Positions 13,001-26,000 of a stretch of 64,000 nt of DNA are shown here, one piece after another. A program made the position numbers and the translations under genes. How positions within the stretch are numbered: the stretch's first letter is position 1; the number at the start of each line of letters is the position of its first letter. Origin of the DNA: Klebsormidium nitens (lineage: Eukaryota > Plantae > Klebsormidiophyceae); assembly GCA_000708835.1 (NCBI GenBank), contig DF237010.1:182351-246350 (forward strand), in the 5' to 3' direction. Under the pieces are notes generated by a model that worked only from the letters and a program-made list of their open reading frames with translations, did no database searches and was not told the DNA's origin.

Positions 13001-16000
13001 GGGCGGGCTCAAGAGCGACCCAAAACAGACGCTTCCAAATGAGCTGGTCAGCGCCACTACCAGGCCCCGCGAGCTGCGGTGTTCCGGCGGCTGGCCCTCC
13101 CCCCCTGCCAGGAACCACTGCGCAAACGCGCAGGCTGCTGCCACGTGGACGACGTTGTGCGCCACGACGGCGGTCCACAGGAGACTCACCGACAGCAAAA
13201 ACAGCTTGGCCCACTGCGAGGAAGGAAGTGGAAACACATTTGAACGGCCAAGTCTAGATGTAATATTGCCACCTGGTTATAGAAGAAACCAAAACGAACG
13301 ATGTCCAGATGTTTGTGAAAGTGCCGTCCCGGATGCCTTTTTCAATTGCCTACGTCATTCGCACTTTGCAGGTGACGTCAAGTCCCGATGCCCAAACAAA
13401 ATCTTCTGCAGGTCCTCATCGAGCGTGTCTAGCTGCTATGTTTGGGATGCGATAAGGGGTGCGACCTTCTCAAGCGGTGAACGAAAGACTTGTTACCAGT
13501 CGGATATTTTGAGCAGAACGCACGACAGAATCCTGCTCAAAGTACGCATGGTCATAGTCCACGCCAGCCCAGCATCGACAAATACATGACCTGTAGCTGG
13601 CGAAAAGCGTGTTGTTACGAACTTCAACAGTCAAGCAGAGTTCCCTGAGCGACCTCTCATTCCAAGGCCGAACTCGAAATGACAAACCAAAGTTAGCCGC
13701 ATCAAAGGGAAGCCTGAGCAGCTGCGAAAGCATACGTGGTGAAACGTCACTTGCATCAGCACTTGCACCACATGGGAGACGCGAACAGCGGCCCTCCAAG
13801 CTGTGCGCAACTTGCTCATTGAAGTTGAACGTTCAAGTCACGAGAAGGCGACATTGACGTACCCGGTGTTTCTCGGACGAAAGTGCGATGGTCCCTGCGG
13901 CACCGAACGTCCAAAGCGCCAGCCACGCCAGCGAAACGACGCCGACTAGGAACGCGACGTATAGTGTGGACGGGAAATCGCCCACCAGGTCCACCGCTTT
14001 TTGGATGACGAGAGCAGTAAAGGGCAGCCTGTCGGTACAGGAGTGCGCAATCTTGGATGTCAGTATCAGGGGGTGATTCGAACAAGAACCTCTTAAGAAT
14101 CGACTCCGCTAAGCTGATTCCGGGGTCTAGTATCGAGACTCTTGCGAAACATCCTTCGTTCCCGTGCTTGAGCTCAGTAAGTGACTAACCAATTAAAGGC
14201 CAGCGAAGATCTGAAAGGTCTAACGTTCTCGGTTCGACCAGTGACATATCCGGGGCACCCATGCTCCACATTGCTCCTGCGTAAGACCGCAATACGCCGG
14301 TTCAAGTAGTCGGCCTGAGTTGCAAAAGTGTATCGCAAAAATGGTTAGACACAGGCCAAGCCTTCTTACCACCAGCTTCCCTACTGTCCAATTTCGACAG
14401 GAGCAAACTCACACCAGGCTGGATGTTTCACAGGGAAGGAGGGCATCCAAACTATTCGGTCTTGCAACATAGCCATACCGAAAAAGTACCTCGCCCGCTT
14501 CTGTATCATCAATACCCCTCACCTGTCTGTGACCGTAAAGGAGAAGACAAAAGCGACCGCCGCCCCCGCCGCAAACCCGATTCCCCACAGGGGGCTGTGG
14601 TTCCAAAAGAGGAGTACGCTGAGAACAGCCCCAAACGTGCTGACGGAGTGGACTGACATCTTGATCATGTCAGCGGAGCACCGCCGGAAGAGCCACAGCC
14701 AGGCCCAGGTCAGCACGATGCCGAGCCCGGCCGCACCTCCGTACTGCAAAGAGCGGATGGTGGGGGTTTCAGAAGTTGATGGGTGCGTTTGGCCGCTCAA
14801 GCGTTCTAAACCTGGTAAATTGGGGTAACAGAATATGATGGAACTTAAGGGAAGGACAAAAGTGCCAAGACAATGCAGGAAGTAAGGAGAATCGTCATGG
14901 ATCAATGTTTAAACCAAGAACATGACCTGTTTCCTGGCAATTTCTTCCAGAATTCAGGTGGCAATGTTGCAAGCTCACAGGGGAACCCCACAAGATGTTG
15001 CTGTGAACACTGACCCACTTCCTAGTCGGACAAACCCTGCTGCCATAGAAGTACGTGACAATCCAATTCAGGACTGAAAACCCCTCTAGTAAGCCAGCCT
15101 TGAACGGAGAATATGGAGGCCAGAGAACATTGCGGGCTCATAGGTCAAAATGCAGCGTTGCAGGCAGCGCCCAAAGCTAATAGACCCAGTTGTCCTCACC
15201 AGCTTCCTCACTGGCTTTCAGGCAGCTTTCTTCCATTGCCTTTCATTGGGGCGCTAACGTTCTTCAGATGTTTCAAACCTCCAGTGCAATCAAAGCAAAC
15301 GTTACTAAGTGTCGGCTTTCTGACAGCAGCTAAAAAGGCGTCCTACCTGCGGCCAGTAGGTGGTTGTCTGGGAATGTCGATCTGGCCCGTCGAACCTCAT
15401 TTTGCCCCACACAACGAGCGCCCATCCTATCAGGCCAAGATGCCCCAGAAACAGACCCGCCCACAAAACGTCCCGGAACGGCCGCTTTGCATCCCCCCCC
15501 GCCAACGTCAACTCGGGGCGTGTCGCATTGCTCGCACGATGGGGGAGCGCCCGGGGGCTTAGAGGAACCTCCTGAAAACACAGTGGGGACCATTTTGACA
15601 TGACTTTCTCCAAAGGTTTCGAAAGGAGACTGTTAGATTGGGGCCTCTTGGCTGCCTAAGCACGGAAGATGTGTGCGGGCGCTTGGGGGCTGCTCTTGAA
15701 GGGTTGTAAGCTGACAAAATTTTCTGAATCTTGCCAGAACAAGTTGAAAAGTTGTTCATTTTTTTTGACGAAATGCAACTTTAACCCTCCAGTTGAGTTT
15801 GTTGGCTTTTCCTGAATTATGGCACTCATGTCAATTGCTTCCACCCAAATGATATCTCAGTGCCAAAAGTATATCAGGGAAATTCGCATCTTTGTCGCGC
15901 AAACAAGAGCCTGCGCAAATAAGAACAGCTTTGAGAGCTAGCAACACTGCCAAGATCACTCATATCCAACATTGCTGGTTTGCATTCTTGGTTCTCCTCC

Positions 16001-16186
16001 TGCCACCACTGATCCACTTAACAGAATTTCGCATCTTACGGAAAGGATTGCGCACTGCTTGACCACCAGCGCAGGGCTCACCTCGGAATCAAAAGCAGCG
16101 GCTGGGGCTGTGCCCGCATGTCCTGTCTCGGCGTCATCAGAGAAGTTTGAATTGTAAGGAGTGGCAAAAGGCGTGGGCAGAGACAT
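10097..16186 (-). CDS. Choline transporter-like (CTL/SLC44, PNS1-type) membrane protein, 9 exons, about 495 aa
   Basis: Exons 16186-16082, 15571-15347, 14743-14523, 14028-13863, 13213-12980, 12354-12238, 11708-11646, 11083-10913 and 10282-10097, all GT-AG and phase-compatible. Motifs RPFRDVLWAGLFLGH, DRLPFTALV, ALTSSFGSVCFGSLL, FNKYAYVH-MAIGGKGFNRASTDAWERF, VEALVAQDLSGAVL and IYVMFAEDPALISRWD. Confidence 0.9.
12425..12484 (-). repeat. Intronic duplicate of the CTL exon-6 acceptor plus first 36 exon nt
   Basis: 12438-12484 repeats 12319-12365 at a period of 119 bp. Minus-strand echo cgtacag|GCCCGCGGGCTGCGTGGCCGGATGCGCTCCAACGAG versus true cgtgcag|GCCCGGGGGTTGCGCGGCCGCATGCGCTCCAACGAG. Confidence 0.9.
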
Positions 16187-17407
16187 CGTTTGTCTGCTCA
16201 AAAGGGCTTTGGAGAATCTGCTGTGCCCCAAAAGTGCTAGTTAGGCGCAGCAAAGCCCCAGCGCATTTTGAAGATTGGTGGTGGTGCTTTTCCCAAAGGA
16301 AACCCACCGCTAACCAAGAACGGTTAGTCTTTGGTTGCCTGCCGTTCTACCAGATGAGTACACTTTGCATGTGGTTAGGTGCCCTCAGCAGCTACCAGCT
16401 AGGATCCACCGCCAGTAATGCCCCATTCAATTCCATTCTCTATGGTCCTGCAGTGCGAGCAGCCAAGAAAGCAGCGAATCAGCTCCGGCGACAGCTTGTC
16501 CCTTGCTTTCTAACCCTGCTGCTCCCCTGCTGTGGCTGCGTGACCGTACCTTTACAAAAACCAGAACGGCAAAACTTCTCAACCGAAAGAAACCATAGCT
16601 CCAGCTGAAGCTTGAAGTTGAAGTAAAGACGCATTCCTTTATCTTCCCAAATCTTTCATTCTACCTACTTCATGAATCCTGGTGCTTGAAAGACAGCACA
16701 CTCAGAGGTTGAAGGTACCTAGCTGGCTGCTGTAGTCACAAATCTGGTCATCGTCATGGCGTACCTACACAGTGCCCTAGGTACCTAAACCGTCCTTCAA
16801 AGAAGTTTGCTACTTCAACTTTAAGTTTCAATCGATTCACAACAGATGAAATTGAATGCAATTGCTTTGGCAAGTTCGAGTCCAGCCGGGGTCAGGCCGT
16901 ACACTGCAGAGTCGGTGACCAGTCACCGGTCGGTGGCGTAGGCTGTCCAGTGTCCGGCGCTGAGGTACAATGTACGCCCGGATTGAGTCCCCCGACTGAC
17001 CAAGGCCTAGAGTGGACAGGCTGGCATGTTGGGCCGTACATAGGACGTCATGTCGGCCAACCGGGCACCTTCCGATCTGACCTCAGTCAGCTGTCAGATG
17101 GCTGGGTCATCCTGGCCGTTACAGGTAGAAAGTCAAAGTGCATCGGACGGTTCGAGAGCCACTGTTATGTAATGTCAGCATGCTCGTCGGCGCATCTTGA
17201 ATGAAATCATGTAACCGCTATCTGTGCGCGCGCAGACAGTCGACTCGATCTGGACTCTCGACCCCTGCAAGCCAACTTCAAGTTCAAGAGTTGACAAGGG
17301 GATGCCAAAACTTGCTGGCAAAAGGGGAGCCTTTCAACTTTGAAAAGAGGAAGCCAGGCTGGGTCTTTGTGGCAACTCCCTCGAGCTGATTCCTTGCACG
17401 CATCGCA

Positions 17408-20400
17408 ATGGTCAGTCTGATCTGCCTGCTGGATAATCACGGGACGCCCTTGCTGACGAGACATTATGATAACGGAACTGAGGCGCCATCGTTTCCAACT
17501 CTCGCCCTGCTGAGCACTGTAAGCCGAGAGCCCACATTTCTGTACATCTGCGGTTAAATGAGAATTGCAGAGGAACTTTGGTGCACTTCGGGGCTGAGCC
17601 CTTACATACGTGCGCTTCGTAAAGTGGCCATAAAGCAGCCCCGGGCGTTCTGCCATCAAGGGGTGGTGCTCTTTGAATATCACTCGGAAGCTTCTCATTG
17701 GCTTAAAGTTCACATGGGCAGCTCCCAGATGACCTGACACTTGCTTAAGAACTGATAGCTTGGGGAGATGAGCCAAGCTTTAAATGCATATCATATCTGT
17801 TTCCAGGTTGTCAAGTACAGCGAGCATGGCGGATACCAGCTCGATCAATTTGCCTCAGATAACATGCGGGTTGTGTTCAGGAGGTACGTGCACCACTGAC
17901 ACGAGCTCCCTGCACAAACTGCTTCGATGATAAGGTTGAGAATGTCTAAATGGAAGCCGTAGTAAAGATCGACAACCAGCTCAGTAATGGGGCCCATTAT
18001 CCAAGACACGAGTGCCCGGACCCACAGTTGTGTAAATTGCTTTCAAAGTAATGACACTCAGGTGTACATCGAAATGGACGCCACTGTTCACAAGATCTGA
18101 CCCAATTGCAATGTGGCCACCACCCTTCTCCTTCTTTGTTAATCGAGATCAGACAAACCCCCCGACGGGTCTATTTCAAAGTGACATCTCAATCAGCTGG
18201 ACATGGCCTGTAGAAACACCAGACTCTGGCGCAAGAAGATATTGCCTCAGTAATAATCGACTTTCTGACTCCTGCTTTTTGTGCACAGCTTTCCAGAGGG
18301 CCTTCTCCTGGTGGCAATGACGGGAGACCTGGCAACGCCGGAAAGCGCACTGGGCAGGATGCTACAAAGAATACACGATGCGGTATGTGCTAGACTAGTT
18401 TCCCCCAACCTGTCAATGCTGAACATCTGGTACGTTGCAGGAATGTCAATTGATTACTCATATTATTGAACAGGAGATGGGGGGCGACAGGTGCTCTTGA
18501 TTGATGCAGGGGACTTTAGGAAACAAACTTAGGGATCATTGATTGTTACTTTCGCGTGTGCGCAGATAGTGATGGTCCTGGGGGCGAGCACGCTAAGTGG
18601 AAGCACGGACGCTCTGAAGCGCCAGCTCAAGGTGCACTCTCCCACCCTGTTTGCAAGAAGGCGGCGGCGTGCTGTGCCGCTGGCCACTTTGTGGCCGATG
18701 TACCTAGAGCTTGTGTCGTGACTCAGGCACTTGCAACTTTTCCATAAAACTACACAAAAAGTTAGATTTGTCACTGAGGTTCCACTAACTCTGAAAGTTT
18801 CTTCATATGCGGTGAGCCAGATCTAAGATGAGAGCGTCAAGAAATGGTTAAGTATGATAAGGCTGCATGCCTTCGATGCTGCTGCCTGAACAATTCTCTC
18901 GTCCACCCTTCCCAGAGTGTCGTCCCCCTGGTTGACCGCTTGGCGGGCAGAGCTGGGGCGGCCGACTCCGGAGTGGACATGGTTGAGGTGCAGATTCGCC
19001 TGCTTAGTTGCTGTCTTATCTGCACCCATCGAGCTTCCATCCTCCTGCTGCTGAAGAGCCGTGCTTTCCATGGGACGATCAGACCTCAGATGTGTAGATT
19101 TGCTGCAAATACGCCTCGGGTCATGCCGTTTTCCCGGCCAGAAATGACATTTGGACGTCTGCTTTTGGGTCCCGCAGATCCTGCCCCTGTCCTCTACTGA
19201 GCGCGCCGACCTGCGAGCTGGCGCGTCCTCATTGGCCGCAGCTGCCCACGTGGACCACGTGGCAGTGACTCTGGGCGGCCGCTTCGTGGCCGGAACTCCT
19301 GACTGGTGGGCGCTAGACCCGGGGGGGGTGCTACTGATTCAGCAGCTACTAGCGACGCAGCCGCCGGCGCTGATGAGAGACGTGCCGCTATTCCTGCCTA
19401 AGACGAGCCCCGAGGTGAGTGAAGCAGTCTGGCCTGGCGATCGGTTCCAATGACTTTCTGAGTGAGGGATAGTTGTTAAAAAAGGAAGATCTGTTCAAAC
19501 AGGAAAGGTTTCGCGAGTGCAGATGAAGTATATTCTTAAGCCCATGTTCCTCGGCCCTGCTAATGCCGTGAAAAAGAGGTGCCCTTTTACAAGTTTAAGC
19601 CTGCACCTCCTCAATGCAGTAGCAGATATTGCATCACAGTGGTGAGCGGGAGAGAACGCCCATCTCTAAGACCGAGTTATCGCGCCAAGTGCTGTTCTCC
19701 TCATCTGAAGCTGACGTATGTTTTTAGGTCGCGTTCCGCCTCCTTACTTGCCGACTGACGGCGGAAGCGGAAGTTCTCCTTCTAGGGGGGCCAGAGCTAG
19801 AGCTGACCAAGCTGGCCGTGGTAAGTGACGTCAGACGCTTCTTAAGCGGGAAGACACACCGTTTTAGCCGGCACTTATCCTTTCTAAAGTATTTGCGCTG
19901 ACAAAGATCATTTGGACCGCCAGTGTGGAAGAAGCTACCCAACAGCCGTTCACTGATGTTCACTCTTGTCCGCTTGCAACGTCTTCGATCATTACTCCCT
20001 TCCCTCCGGCTAGCAAACATTGTTGATCCCTACACGGCCGGAACCCCCCGGACACAGGAACGAGTTTGGCTCATACTGGCCCATGAATCAGCAGGATGAG
20101 ATATTTTAGATGGTCATTGTATCAGCTCATTGGCTGCTTTCAATATGTTCGGCTTTGGGGTCAAAACACGCGCAAGGGGTAACAAAGAACCAGAAAACGC
20201 GATCTCCGATTCTACCCGCTCCGTACCCTAACCCACGCTGAATTCCCTAAGTTACCCCACCCGTCTCAGGCGGGTGAGCTTCCTGTTCCCAAGGTTTATG
20301 ACTCCTATAACTCAGAAAGAATCTGTTCTTGCAGCTCGCGAAGGCCGCCTTCCAGGCCACAGCCGCTTCCTTGTACGCGTGCGCCACCCACCTGCCACGT

Positions 20401-22122
20401 GGCTGCACGTCGTCCGTCGCCTTCCCCGACGAGATGCTGATGTGAGTCGTCAGATAAGACGCCCCTCTTATTGCCTTATCCTTCTAAACACATAACTCTA
20501 TGCTGAAGACATAACTTCACGTTTTGTGTTCTCTAGATTGCCAAAGGTCTGCGGCTTTGCGGATTTGCCCATTCGCTTGTTTCTCGCCCAATCGGTTGGT
20601 CCTCGGTCTCCTTCCGCCTCTAGAACTGTACTCCCTGATTAAGTCAGCCTGACGAGGGGCTCTAAGTTTGTCAACCATTTCCATGTAATTCCCGACCAAT
20701 CAAGCTGCGGAGACCTTCTTATCAAGCTTTCGCTTCTAGCTTTGGCGGGACACTTTTTCCGTTCTTCGCATGTGGCTTATAACTAATCAGTGTTCTTGCT
20801 TCCCGCTCCGCAGTTTCGTGTGCATCCGTTCCGACGTCCAACAAGCGTTCCGCTATTGCCCGCCTCTGCCGCCGGAACCGTCCGCAACGGACGATCAAAG
20901 CAGAGCTGCAACGAACTTGCAGAAGGTAAAAGCGTCTCAAGTCCGGCGCATTTCTTGAGTCGCTTTTGGAGGGAAGCCGGTGGGTCGAGCCACTGACCAG
21001 CAATGGCTTCTGATTGTTGAACGCACGTGTTATTTTTTATTCCAAGCCGTTTCAACAGCAGATACAAGCCCATCTGTGCCACACTAAGCCGCATAGCAAC
21101 GTAAAGTGAATATGAAGCCAAGCATAAGGACCGAAGGCCTGTCGGTCGGCCCTAAACCTGACCTTCATCGAGTCTCTGCTGCGCAGTTCATGTACCACGT
21201 AGAAGCCCTCGTCGAACAGCACGCTCGAGACCAGCCGCCGGTGGAAAGCGGAACGCGAACTGAATTGAGCGACGTGGTGCTACGGGAGGAGGTGAGCAGC
21301 GGCGGCCGGCGCTTCCGTCACTCTATTTGTTTTCCGCTTCTTGTTCCGGTTTCGTCTTGGACCGGAACGGGAAAAAACCAAGGCTGCGGCGTATGAATCG
21401 CACATGCTGCCTCATGCGTGTTTTCTCGAAGTTTTCTCATGTAGGCGACAGGTTGCTCTGAGAGGGAAAATTGTGTCACTTGACCGATCCAAGGCACTAC
21501 GGTGGGCTGGCCTATGGAAACGTTTCTTGCGGGATCCCCCTCGATGCCACCCAATCTGCGAGGACCTGCTTCCCGGAAACTTTAAGTTTCAGCGATTTGA
21601 TCATTCACATGACGAACCGTGTCTTCTTAAAGAATAATGAAGCATTCCCAGCTCAACGGAGTGTACTCAATCTGCAGGACCGATGCTACGTGGCGGTCAA
21701 CAGCGGCAACCATACACTGTTTGCGGCTCTGAAGGAAGAGGTGAGAAATTTGGATCTTTGCTGTCCCTTTGCTTCAATCTTATTTTGTATGGTCAAGCAG
21801 GCACTTCATAAGCACTACGTCGTGCAGTGAGATGCCCCAACGTGCGTCAATGAGATCCAATATGACAAGTAAGTCGACATTTGACCTTCAACACTCTGGC
21901 TCGTTTCTTCTTTCCGTCTGCGTTGGCGCCTGAACTTACTTCGACGGTGATCGCGGGTGTTTTTCCCTAGAACCGTCCATTCGGCAGTCTGCTTAGCCGT
22001 GCCGCTTCAAAAACAATATTACCGAAGTTTCCCTCTTTAAACTGCAGGTCCCCTCGTATGCTGCAACCGCGATCGCCAGAGCTGCGCTGCAAGCCGTTCA
22101 GTCTCTGGCCGGCTACACGTAG
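17408..22122 (+). CDS. FUZ: Fuzzy homolog (tri-longin CPLANE ciliogenesis effector), 12 exons, about 403 aa
   Basis: Exons 17408-17518, 17807-17883, 18289-18382, 18566-18631, 18916-18987, 19178-19414, 19728-19820, 20335-20441, 20814-20925, 21187-21291, 21678-21740 and 22048-22122, all GT-AG and in phase. The product aligns colinearly with animal FUZ as recalled: SLICLLDNHGTPLLTR (FUZ LLCLAASSGVPLFCR), RMLQRIHDAIVMVLG...ALKRQLK (RLLQMVFGAMVLLVG...RLKKDLR), GRFVAGTPDWWAL...QPPALMRDVPLFLPKTSPEVAFRLLT (GRVVAATEGWWRL...PPQTARDYPVYLPHGSPTVPHRLLT). Confidence 0.88.
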
Positions 22123-23061
22123 CTGCGCCACAAACGCGACGAGTATGCGTAGAGAGAAGCGGCGCGGAATCGGCCGGGCTCCCAACGTCAATTTCATGGT
22201 AAGGCTGGGATGCTAATGTCGTCGGCCGAATGCGCTTTGTAAGCACTGGACGTCTTAATAGACCCACAACGGTCTCTGTATGTCGTTCCTAAAACAGTCG
22301 CCGGTGCTTAAGTCTATGTAAACCACGTATCGTTGCCGTGCCTAACATCAGCTCCATGTGACCTTGAATCGAGTTGATCAGCAGTTTGCAAATGTACACG
22401 TGGCGAACCGCTAAGTCCTTTGCTATGCAGGCTCGCACAAGCTACCGTGCGAAACGGATCCCAAAGAACATGCCTTGGTGGTCCAGGGCCAAGTTATTCC
22501 AGAGGCTCCAACACGTAAGCTGCAGCGATTCGGCCTTCACTTTGAGTCCCATGCTTAGATTTCCTTGTAGCTCCACACTTCAATTATTGCTTAGTGTCCT
22601 GGCCAGTGCCTTCTTCAATCTGATACAAAAGAACGCACTGGCCACGAAAATCTGGCGATTGCGTGCAACGATATTCCCAGACGATCATCTCCCTTATGTT
22701 CTACTGAGAGCGTTTGGAGGTCAGAACGAGGGCACACCATCTCTTTTTCACGTTTTCTGCTCATGCATCTTACGCATACATGCCTAGTTTGAGACAAGTC
22801 TTCGAGTTCGGAGTGTTTGCACATGCCTTTCTCGAGCATCTTCTCCAATTATGCAGGTGTAAGCAACAGCCGGTTGTGCACGGTTGGCTTAGGTCAGGAT
22901 CAACACAATACACTAGGAAGCTTTCTAGCCGAAACGGAAATGGCACTGACATCAACCTCAATGTACGGACCGTACCGCTCGGGCACCTGGGGTACTCAGA
23001 CTCCAAGCAGCTATAGTACACAGGAAACAACATGCGACTATCTTAAGGCAACTTTTTAGCT

Positions 23062-26000
23062 CTACATAGTGGCAAGCGAGCCAGCTCTAGCTATTTTCCG
23101 GGGAGGGATGCCGTCCTCCCTAGAAGATGTCCTGCCACTCGGTGTACTTCCCCAACTCAGTCGGGTCTGCTTATCTCGCCCAAGGCGCTTGTAACCAAGT
23201 ACCTGAAAAGAAAGGAAATCAACCTTCATATTCATACCCGTCGAGGCGCCGAGGACAATAAGTATCTTCAAAGGTGGCTGGTTGCATCTTTTCGAATCTG
23301 GTCCCAGCTTATTCTGCTACTAGCTACTATACCATTGCATGTGACGCCGACGTATACTGAAGTATGCACGTTGGCCACTTGCCAGTCGCGCACGCGTCTC
23401 AATTCAATGATTATCTACGTTGCGTGTCAGATTGCTCAACGGAGATCGAGGTGCGCGCACATGCCAGCCCCTGTTTACCCGAGTGACATCAGCATCTTGG
23501 CTTAGCAATTTGAAACGTTAGTCATACGATCTCTGGCATGCATTGTGAGTTAAAAAGACAGTACGTCTAGGTAAGTTCTGCACTTGCGGCTGGCTTTGCT
23601 TCGGCCGTCTCAAGCCCGGCCCAAAACTGCCTCGAGCTCAGCCTGGCTTACTGAGGCCATTCCAGAAGCAAGTTCCGCTCATATTCGCGCCTATATACAG
23701 CATAGCTGGCCGCCAACAGTCAATCTTCCAACCACAGGCTGAGGCGCGTTCGTTTTTGATAATGTCATTGAGTTTATTGGGAGTTTCACTGCCAGCGTGG
23801 CCGCACGCCGGAGCATTTGGATGCCACTACTCCTTGGCGGCCGTTGTTTAATCGCCCTCATCTGCAAATGTTTAGCTCGAGACCATGCAGAACAGAGAGT
23901 CGAGACGGAGTCCTACCTCGGTCGCCCGCTTGTCTTGAGGCACGTCCATCAGGTGCGGCCGCGGCGTGCTCAGCCCTCCGTCGCTTTCCGCGCTGTGCGT
24001 CCCCTCCCCTTCCGCCGTCCTCCCCCCAGCCGCCTTCCGGGCCGCTTCCGGAACGTACTCGTACGCCCGGAAGTGCGCGATCGCCTCCTGGAGCTCCGGA
24101 CGCTCCGTGCGCTCGTCCGAATGAGTGTCCGTAGCGCCCGGGCCGCCAGAGTTCCCACTCGACCGCGACCGGCCTGGGCCCCTCTTCGCGCTCGGTGTTC
24201 CACCCCGGGCGGCAGACTCGACCCGACCGAAGGGCGCGTTCACACTCCGCGCCCTTGGGTTCGTCTGCGCCTTCGGCCAACCCGGTGTAAAACCCGCAGT
24301 TGGCGCGCCATTCCTTTCTCGGGTAGACTGCAGCCCGGTCGAGATACCGAGAGCAGGGCTCGAAGGAAACCGCTGACGCTTCTGGCCCTGGTTGTCGAGC
24401 GGAAACGCACTCGTCTGCGGCCATTCGGGCTTCCTCTTGCGCGCGAGCCAGCTCTCCAGCCCGTCGCCAGCGCCCCTTGCTCTAGTTGCATCCCGAGGGT
24501 CTTCCCATGCGGCCACTGTGGCTGCGCCCGTCGGCGCGCCGGCGCGCGGCCGCGCCTGCTCAAACCCTCCCCCAAAACCCTCTGCCGCTGGGTCCTCGAA
24601 CCGGCTGCGCTCTTCAAACGGTCCCACTTGGTCGAAGTCCGTCCGGCCGAGGAACGGAAGGCCCTCGTACAGGTCCTCCTGCAGAAAAGCTTCCGGGCCG
24701 TCCGAGTAGGGCACTCGCCTCTGCTCCCGGCGTCCGTAACCCCTCTCCTCAACGTCCGAGAACGGCACGTGCATCTGCTGCCGGTGTCCGAAACCCCTTT
24801 CCTGGACCGGCTCTTGCTCCGCGATCTCCCTCGCCGACGGCCATTCGGATTCCGGTTCTCGCGCCGCTTCGATCTCCGCAGCCGTGGGAAACTCGGGGTA
24901 AGCCGGAGCGCTGACGTCAGCTTCCATCCGGTAGTCCTCTTGGTACGTCTGAGGACCTTCTCCTGGGGCCAAGATTCCCGACTGCGGAACCCCTCCGTGC
25001 TGCGGGTATCGATCCGGCGGAACCTCCCAGTTGGACCGCCCCGGTTGATGCGCTTCTGCTGCCCTCCTTTCGTAGCCATACGAGCCCATCTCGTCACGTT
25101 CAAACTGGTGAGGAGCGCTCTCATAAGCGGACCCCGCTTCGCATTCCGCTGCTGCTCCATAAGGGATTGCTCCTTCGCAGCGCGCCCCCCCCTCTGGATC
25201 CCGACCGCAGTGCACCGTGTACTGGAGTGTGAAAAGGCGCAGGCTGCGCACCGGGACGTCGAACCGCCGCGTCAGCGCGACCTGCTGCTCCTCCGGAAGT
25301 TGCGCGAAGTGGGGCGCATTCACACCCGACGCCAGGATGGCGTGCGCGCTTACCGGGTTCAGGCTGGGAAAGGCCGTGAGAAAAGCCTCCAGGGGCGACG
25401 CAGTTTCCGGCATGGGGGGGGGGGTTTCGGGCGGAACGGAAGCGCTCCGTTTGGGCAAGGTTCGGATGGATCCGATGAGCTTGAGAACGAAGCGGTTGGT
25501 CGTGTCGGGGCAGTCTGAGAGGAGGCACTGGAGGTTGATGTCGAGGCCGAGAGCGGCCGCGTGGAGCGGGGTCAGCTCCTGATAGGTGGCGCGGAGGAAG
25601 GCGGGCGGGCCCTCGAAGATCTGCAAAGGGTTTGATGAAATAGCGGGGCAAAGTCAGAAGATTAGAGTCACTGCCTTGGAAGCCTGGTTCTGCGACAGCT
25701 TCAAGATCACTGCATAACGAACTTACCAAGAGATGCTGAGTAGCAGGACAATAGACGAGGAGACTGAGATACGAAGTCGCTTGTTGAGCGGGAGTCGAGG
25801 CTTCTCTTTGCCTTCGTCATGCAACCTGTATCCTTCAGAAACCAACTCTGCAAGATCTCCAAAAAGTGTCGGACAAAGAGGAGAGTTGCAGAGTAGAATT
25901 ACATGCCGGGCAAGAAGACCTTGCTCGATCCTTTTGACAATCCCTCTCACCAGGACGGCCGTCTTGTAGGCGAAGCTGACCGCCTTCAGGTGACTGTCCA

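Noticed and set aside
23797-25518. 573-aa plus-strand ORF and other long overlapping ORFs
   Set aside because: Arg/Pro-rich antisense or alternative frames of the GC-rich SHOC1 exon 8, with no independent splice signals or motifs.
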